This document shows positions 52,880 to 64,000 of a stretch of 64,000 nucleotides of DNA, in pieces. The stretch's first letter is position 1. Each line of letters opens with the position of its first letter. Source of the DNA: the human T2T-CHM13v2.0 reference genome, Homo sapiens; the NCBI RefSeq assembly GCF_009914755.1, contig NC_060932.1; one strand, given 5' to 3'. The translations under genes and the position numbers were made by a program. Below the pieces are notes generated by a model. It was not told where the DNA came from. It searched no databases and was given only the letters and a program-made list of their open reading frames with translations.

Positions 52880-53990
52880 ATCTCCCACTTGGAGAATTCC
52901 GCAGTCTCATGGCCATCCTCACAATTACCTCACTGATTCTTGATGTAATCTACTTACCCAACACCTATGGCTCCATTCCTCTTTGGATTTCCTCTTGTGT
53001 ATCTAAACATAGTCTTACACTTTAATCCTGCTTGAGTTCAGACTCATATATCCAACTACCAAACTTGAATCACTACTTCTAAAACTCAACATGTAAAACC
53101 TAGCTCATTAGCTACTCCCCAGAACCTGTGTTTCCTATTTAGGTGATTTAGACTGCCCCCTATTTAATTAACCAAGACAAAATCTGGAATGATTTTGATT
53201 TCCCCCCACCTCCCATTCAATTATTAAGTTCCTTAGATTATTTTTCCTTAATATCATGCAAAATCTAAGCTTAGGAACACGACTTAAAGTCCTTCGTTAT
53301 GTGGCCCCAGCTCCAGCCTCTTCTCCTAGTGCTCTTCCCTCAAATAAACATTACAGTCCATTTATACTGAAAAACATGGAGTTCCCCACAACTCCATGCT
53401 TTCTGACACCTGTATGCCTCTGCAGTTCCTCTTCTCAGCCTCCACCTCCTGGGATCCAGTGACCCTTCCCCCTCAGACTCCGAAGCAGCTAGGACTATAG
53501 GTGCACACCACCATGCCCGGCTAATTTTTGTATGTTTTATAGAGATGGGGTTTCACCATGTTACCCAGGCTGGTCTCAAACTCCTGGACTCAAGAGACCC
53601 AACAGCCTTAGCTTCCCAAAGTGCCATAGATGCCATCTTCTATGAAAATTTGTGCAAATTGAGGGAGACCTACATGTTCCTTTTAATTTTAAAAACATCT
53701 CTATATAAAACTTGCTATTGCATGGAAGTTCTCATCTTTTATACACTTGTTATTTACAACTATACACAACATAAAATTCAGCAGATTTAATCACTCCCAT
53801 CTCAGTGTTCTTGTAGCTTTAACATTGAATAATTTATTAACATAAACACTTTTGTACGAATGCTTATTTCTTCTTGTCTGTTTTTCTGACTAATTGTGAA
53901 GGTCCGTATGCCTTAATTATCTCTGTATCTTTAAGTACCTTCCTAATGCTTTACCTGGATGCTAGTAGGGGTTCCATATGTCTGTTAAAT
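52880..53990 (+). mobile_element. L2 LINE fragments, interrupted by an AluJ piece
   Basis: CTTGAGTTCAGACTCATATATCCAACTACC...AAACTCAACATG are L2 hallmarks; boundaries approximate. Confidence 0.6.
53436..53624 (-). mobile_element. AluJ-like internal fragment, truncated at both ends
   Basis: CCCAGGCTGGTCTCAAACTCCTGGACTCAAG is J-type; lacks the 5' start, 3' end and tail. Confidence 0.85.
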
Positions 53991-54219
53991 ATAATGCACA
54001 TTCTGCCATTAAACCTGTACAATTATTTCCCAAGGATAGGGCTTATGGCCCTATAATCCAGCATTTCAGTATGAATATTACAATGGTTTGTGCCTTTCTC
54101 CTAACGGAAATATTTAAGTTAATTTAGATCCTTAATGATGTTCTCACTCTAACCTTTCACACCATTGTTTGATGTTTACTCATTGTATTAAAGTCCACAC
54201 AATTGAATATTACCTGCTT

Positions 54220-55124
54220 GGGAGGAGCCAAGATGGCCGAATAGGAACGGCTCCGGTCTACAGCTCCCAGCGTGAGTGACGCAGAAGACGGGTGATTTCT
54301 GCATTTCCATCTGAGGTACCGGGTTCATCTCACTAGGGAGTGCCAGACAGTGGGCGCAGGTCAGTGGGTGCGTGCACCGTGCGCGAGCCGAAGCAGGGCG
54401 AGGCATTGCCTCACTTGGGAAGCGCAAGGGGTCAGGGAGTTCCCTTTCTGAGTCAAAGAAAGGGGTGACGGACGGCACCTGGAAAATCGGGTCACTCCCA
54501 CCCGAATATTGCGCTTTTCTGACGGGCTTAAAAAACGGCGCACCACGAGATTATATTCCGCACCTGGCTCAGAGGGTCCGACGCCCACGTAGTCTCGCTG
54601 ATTGCTAGCACAGCAGTCTGAGATCAAACTGCAAGGCGGCAGCGAGGCTGGGGGAGGGGCGCCAGCCATTGCCCAGGCTTGATTAGGTAAACAAAGCAGC
54701 CGGGAAGCTCGAACTGGGTGGAGCCCACCACAGCTCAAGGAGGCCTGCCTGCCTCTGTAGGCTCCACCTCTGGGGGCAGGGCACAGACAAACAAAAAGAC
54801 AGCAGTAACCTCTGCAGACTTAAAAGTCCCTGTCTGACAGCTTTGAAGAGAGCAGTGGTTCTCCTAGCACGCAGCTGGAGATCTGAGAACCCGCAGACTG
54901 CCTCCTCAAGTGGGTCCCTGACCCCTGACCCCCGAGCAGCCTAACTGAGAGGCACCCCCCAGCAGGGGCACACTGACACCTCACACGGCAGGGTATTCCA
55001 ACAGACCTGCAGCTGAGGGTCCTCTCTGTTAGAAGGAAAACTAACAAACAGAAAGGACATCCACACCAAAAACCCATCTGTACATCACCATCATCAAAGA
55101 CCAAAAGTAGATAAAACCACAAAG
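54220..55124 (+). promoter_or_regulatory. L1 5' UTR: CpG-rich internal sense promoter and antisense promoter
   Basis: Intact YY1 site CAAGATGGCC (54229-54238); the densest CpG cluster in the window; SOX-type AACAAA sites at about 54690 and 54790. Confidence 0.85.
54361..54669 (-). CDS. L1 antisense ORF0, open, 102-aa long-frame variant (expression unknown)
   Basis: ATG at 54669 gives MAGAPPPASLPPCSLISDCCASNQRD...RVGVTRFSRC, matching ORF0; frame stays open to 54361. Confidence 0.6.
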   Translation of the reverse strand: MAGAPPPASLPPCSLISDCCASNQRDYVGVGPSEPGAEYNLVVRRFLSPSEKRNIRVGVTRFSRCRPSPLSLTQKGNSLTPCASQVRQCLALLRLAHGARTH

Positions 55125-56138
55125 ATGGGGAAAAAACAGAACAGAAAAACTGGAAACTCTAAAAAGCAGAGCGCCTCTCCTCCTCCAAAGGAACGCAGTT
55201 CCTCACCAGCAACGGAACAAAGCTGGATGGAGAATGACTTTGACGAACTGAGAGAAGGCTTCAGACGATCAAATTACTCTGAGCTACGGGAGGACATTCA
55301 AACCAAAGGCAAAGAAGTTGAAAACTTTGAAAAAAATTTAGAAGAATGTATAACTAGAATAACCAATACAGAGAAGTGCTTAAAGGAGCTGATGGAGCTG
55401 AAAACCAAGGCTCGAGAACTACGTGAAGAATGCAGAAGCCTCAGGAGCCAATGCAATCAACTGGAAGAAAGGGTATCAGCAATGGAAGATGAAATGAATG
55501 AAATGAAGCGAGAAGGGAAGTTTAGAGAAAAAAGAATAAAAAGAAATGAGCAAAGCCTCCAAGAAATATGAGACTATGTGAAAAGACCAAATCTACGTCT
55601 GATTGGTGTACCTGAAAGTGATGGGGAGAATGGAACCAAGTTGGAAAACACTCTGCAGGATATTATCCAGGAGAACTTCCCCAATCTAGCAAGGCAGGGC
55701 AACATTCAGATTCAGGAAATACAGAGAACGCCACAAAGGTACTCCTCGAGAAGAGCAACTCCAAGACACATAATTGTCAGATTCACCAAAGTTGAAATGA
55801 AGGAAAAAATGTTAAGGGCAGCCAGAGAGAAAGGTCGGGTTACCCACAAAGGGAAGCCCATCAGACTAACAGCAGATCTCTTGGCAGAAACCCTACAAGC
55901 CAGAAGAGAGTGGAGGCCAATATTCAACATTCTTAAAGGAAAGAATTTTCAACCCAGAATTTCATATCCAGCCAAACTAAGCTTCATAAGTGAAGGAGAA
56001 ATAAAATCCTTTACAGACAAGCAAATGCTGAGAGATTTTGTCACCACCAGGCTTGCCTTACAAGAGCTCCTGAAGGTAGCACTAAACATGGAAAGGAACA
56101 ACCGGTACCAGCTGCTGCAAAATCATGCCAAAATGTAA
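55125..56138 (+). pseudogene. L1 ORF1p (RNA-binding protein), disrupted
   Basis: MGKKQNRKTGNSK...NHAKM; premature TGA at 55569-55571 (Trp codon); one-codon deletion (ELREGFRR). Confidence 0.97.
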
Positions 56139-56186
56139 AGACCATCGAGACTAGGAAGAAACTGCATCAACTAACGAGCAAAATAA

Positions 56187-60011
<3,825 letters not shown>

Positions 60012-60811
60012 ACAATGAGAACACATGGACACAGGAAGGGGAACATCACACTCTGGGGACTGTTGTGGGGTGGGGGGAGTGGGGAGGGATAGCATTGGGA
60101 GATATACCTAATGTTAGATGACGCGTTAGTGGGTGCAGCGCACCAGCATGGCACATGTATTCATATGTAACTAACCTGCACATTGTGCACATGTACCCTA
60201 AAACTTAAAGTATAATTAAAAAAAAATATAAAAAAAGAATATTACCTGCTTATAATATTTTCTTTTAAATTCATTTTTAACTTACAAAATTTAATACTTT
60301 TTTTAGTTGATTCCAGTCCTTTATAGCATATCTAGAAAGCAGATCTATATTTTCAAAATTTAGTTACTGTAAGAGAAACTCAGGTAAGGGAGTCACAGTA
60401 ATTCTGTGGCACAACTGCGTGATAGTGGTACCCTCCCAGCTTTCACCTTCATAACCAGCACATGGACTCCCTGGGGGCCAAGATAGAGTGCATGGATGGG
60501 CAGGAGGCAGACTGCTTTCATGAGGAGATAGAATAGGAGCTTATTTGTAAAAGGTACCAGGACGCAGCCTCTTCTTCACCAAAACAAAATAAAATAAAAT
60601 AGCCTTTTACATTTGATGACAGTTCACATGTCAGAGACTGTCCTGTGTTAAAAGGGAGTTATTAAATTTTAACCATAATCTATCATTTACTCTTCATTGA
60701 AGCTGACTCCATTAACTTGCTTTCTTGAAAGAATACAGGTGATATAATGACTTCTTTAAGTTTTTCCCAGGAATCCCTTAATTATGTTCACTATCTTAAC
60801 TTCAATGATGA

Positions 60812-61244
<433 letters not shown>

Positions 61245-61879
61245 CCAGCAATAATATATGTGTAAAGAGTAAATGAGTAATTACCGTTCAATGGTACATT
61301 TTCTATATTTACAGTTTTAAGTTTAAAAGAAGCATGTAGGTTTCCCTCAATTTATATAATACATATGTTCCAGCGAAGTTGATAATAAACTAGACATCTG
61401 AGATAACTAAAATTATAAATTCGGACATCTTTTTCTGGAGGAGAATGGCCTAAGTTTAAAGTCTGAAAATAAATGACTCAACATAGTGGTCAAATCTGAG
61501 AGTTGGATTTTTTATAGGTAGAAGTGATTTCTTAGTCTTTCAAAGCAATTCAATTCCATTCAACAAATAACAAGTTTCTGGTAGGTACTGTGGGGAATTA
61601 AAAAAAAATAAGTAAGAGGCAGCCTTTTATAAAACCCAAGCAAAATATGTTGAGCTGTAAAAGTATGTATGTATTGAGAAGGTGACAATTAATAGAGGGC
61701 ATCAGAAAAGGGGTCATGAAGCAGCTAATGTTTTTATGCATCCCAGAGGGTTGTTAGAGGATTGTTTTGCCCATCTGAGCTGAAGGAAGGGACATTTGGG
61801 ATAGCGGTCCTGAAAGCTCAGGATGCATAAAACTCACACGGCTGGCAGAAGGGTAGGTGGGGACTGCAGCACTGTATTC

Positions 61880-62382
61880 TGTATCAGGTAGCTATTGCTA
61901 CAATAATGATGTTTAACAAAACTCTGAAAAAGAAAATGCAGTGGTTTAAAACAACAACCCATTATTGTTTCTCATGATAATGCACGTTAGCTGAGCAGTT
62001 CTGCTATCTGAGCCAGGCTCAGTTGATCTCAGTTGAGATCACTCATGTATCTGGAATCACCCATGGGTCAGCTGTGGGCTGGCTGGTCTAGGGTGGTCTC
62101 AGCTGGTAGACTAGGCTTTGCTCCACATGGTCTCTAATCCTCCATTAGGCTATGCTGGACTTTTTTTCATGCCAAAGGTAGAATGTTTCTGACCAGACTC
62201 AGAACTGGCACATAGTTATCACTTCTGTTGTGTTTTATTGGCTACAGAAGGTCAGAGTTAGCCATTCAGGGAGTAAGGAAATAGAGTTTATCTCTTTATG
62301 GAACAAGCTGCAAAGTCGCATTGCAAAAGGTATGAATACAGAAAGGGGAAGAATAGGCATCATTTTTGCAAGTAGTCGACCA
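61880..62382 (-). mobile_element. Old MLT1 (H/J/K-like) MaLR LTR within L2 remnants (about 61545-62740)
   Basis: TGTATCAG.TAGCTATTGCT...AACAAA...CAGTGGTTTAAAACAACAA. Confidence 0.7.
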
Positions 62383-64000
62383 TGGGGCTTCTTTGTTCTG
62401 ATTGGAATACTGAGTAGGTGGAATGAAGCTGTCTGGCAATGCAGGCTGAGATTAACCTGACCTGTTTATTTTAAGTTCAGGGAGTAGTGAGGAAACACTG
62501 AAGTGTTTTGAGCAGGGAAAAACCATGTTCAGAAGTCTGGCTTTAGAAGGAATAAGCTTTTATGGTTACGAGGTGAACAACAGCATAGAGAGGCAGGATG
62601 AAAGAGTGTCTTTTCCAATCATCTAGGTGGAAATTAAGGAAGGTTTGAATCAATGTAATGGCAATAGGAGCAGAATCAAGGCCAAAGGTAAGAATGCAAG
62701 GACTGATAAGACTGCTGATGGCATGTCAGGTGAGTGAGACAAGTAGCATCTTCTTTACGCTCCTTCCTTTTCCCCCTGTATACCAAGCTCAGATTTTTAA
62801 CACACATCCTCTTATTCTACATTCAGAGTTCCCAGAATATATTGTCCGTTGCCACATGATAATATGGCATGTAATAATTGGCAAGACATGACAATCATAT
62901 TGTAGGGACATGGGACTGAGATCCACTGCTTTGATCTACCATTCTAATGAGGCTAAGCTTTCTTATTTCATCCCAGACTGAAAGTTGTTCTAAGATTGAG
63001 GCTTTAGTTCATTTGGTAGGTTTTTGTCAATGATTCTATATCTTCATAAATCTCTAATTTAAATTTGGCAAAATACGTATTAAAAATAAAATGAAGTTGC
63101 ACAAATATTACTTTCAATTTTATTTAAATCAAATAATGTTGTGATGATATGAAGAACTTTGCATAGAAACCACATGAATTTTAAAGACAAAATTCGAATA
63201 CCTAATTATCCTATTCTGAAACAATTAAAAGAATACACATGTTAAATTGCCATAAACATGTACGTATTACATAATACACATAACAATCATAAAACATTTT
63301 ATACTGATTTATTATAAATAATTGGAAACAATATTTCATTTCTCAAACCCAGACAACAAAACAGTAAATATCATGCTTTCTTTTTTTATTATTTTATTTT
63401 GTTTTTGTAATATGAGTTTGGAAATAGTATTCTTTATCCAAAAACTGGTTTAAGAAAGTGTCTGTAGGAACACAAAAGGACAAAATACTCATTTTCTTTC
63501 CCTTAAATGAAAACAGTTGAGAAGTTTTTAGAAGGAGAGGCTTACCTGCTATGAAGAAGCCACCAAGAATAGAAAAATGGTATAATACCTGCAAATATCA
63601 CTTGTAAGGCAAAAAGGGGTAGAATACAGACACATAAATATAAAAAAGACTTGATGGTAAACTTTAAAAAGTATTTTTCTTAACAATGTGAATAGCTTTA
63701 TTTTCTCAAATGGAGGAAACCATTAAGGCATAGTGGATCAAGTCACCAAGTTTGAAACTGGTATTGCTACCTTGCCAACAACTGTCTCTTTTATGAGAGG
63801 AGGCCCAGTAGCTTTATTTCAATTTTCTCATCCCATAGTGACTCATGTTTTAATAAAAACTGTTTACTGTCATAACCTTGGACACTTACAGGCAGAGAAG
63901 ACTTCTTGATAAAATAATGCAGTAACTTCAAGCACCCCAAAAATTCACTTAAAATACATTATCCCATAGGAATATTTCCATTGAGTTATTTATGGCAACT

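Overview
AT-rich, repeat-dense primate (hominoid, probably human) non-coding genomic DNA, either intergenic or deep intronic. I cannot support any host protein-coding exon, RNA gene or CpG island other than the L1 5' UTR. The only long ORFs belong to a full-length but inactivated L1PA2/L1PA3 LINE-1 (54220-60236, 15-bp TSD). The rest is a mix of Alus, MaLR/ERV LTRs (THE1, MLT1/2, MER50), DNA transposon fossils (HSMAR2, MER44/Tigger7, Tigger2a, Charlie-type hAT, MER5/33/58), old L1M, L2, MIR and L3 fragments, and microsatellites. All subfamily names come from recalled consensus sequences and need RepeatMasker/Dfam confirmation. I found no evidence of a new biological system. The most unusual structure is a shattered THE1D provirus at 15398-17140. 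It contains an exact 33-nt inverted copy of DNA from 1.3 kb upstream, an inverted internal piece, fold-back patches at a deletion junction, and a tail-less L1 ORF1 fragment in place of the 5' LTR. Together these look like a fixed template-switching/end-joining scar. Several other tail-less or truncated retro-fragments suggest further repair events.
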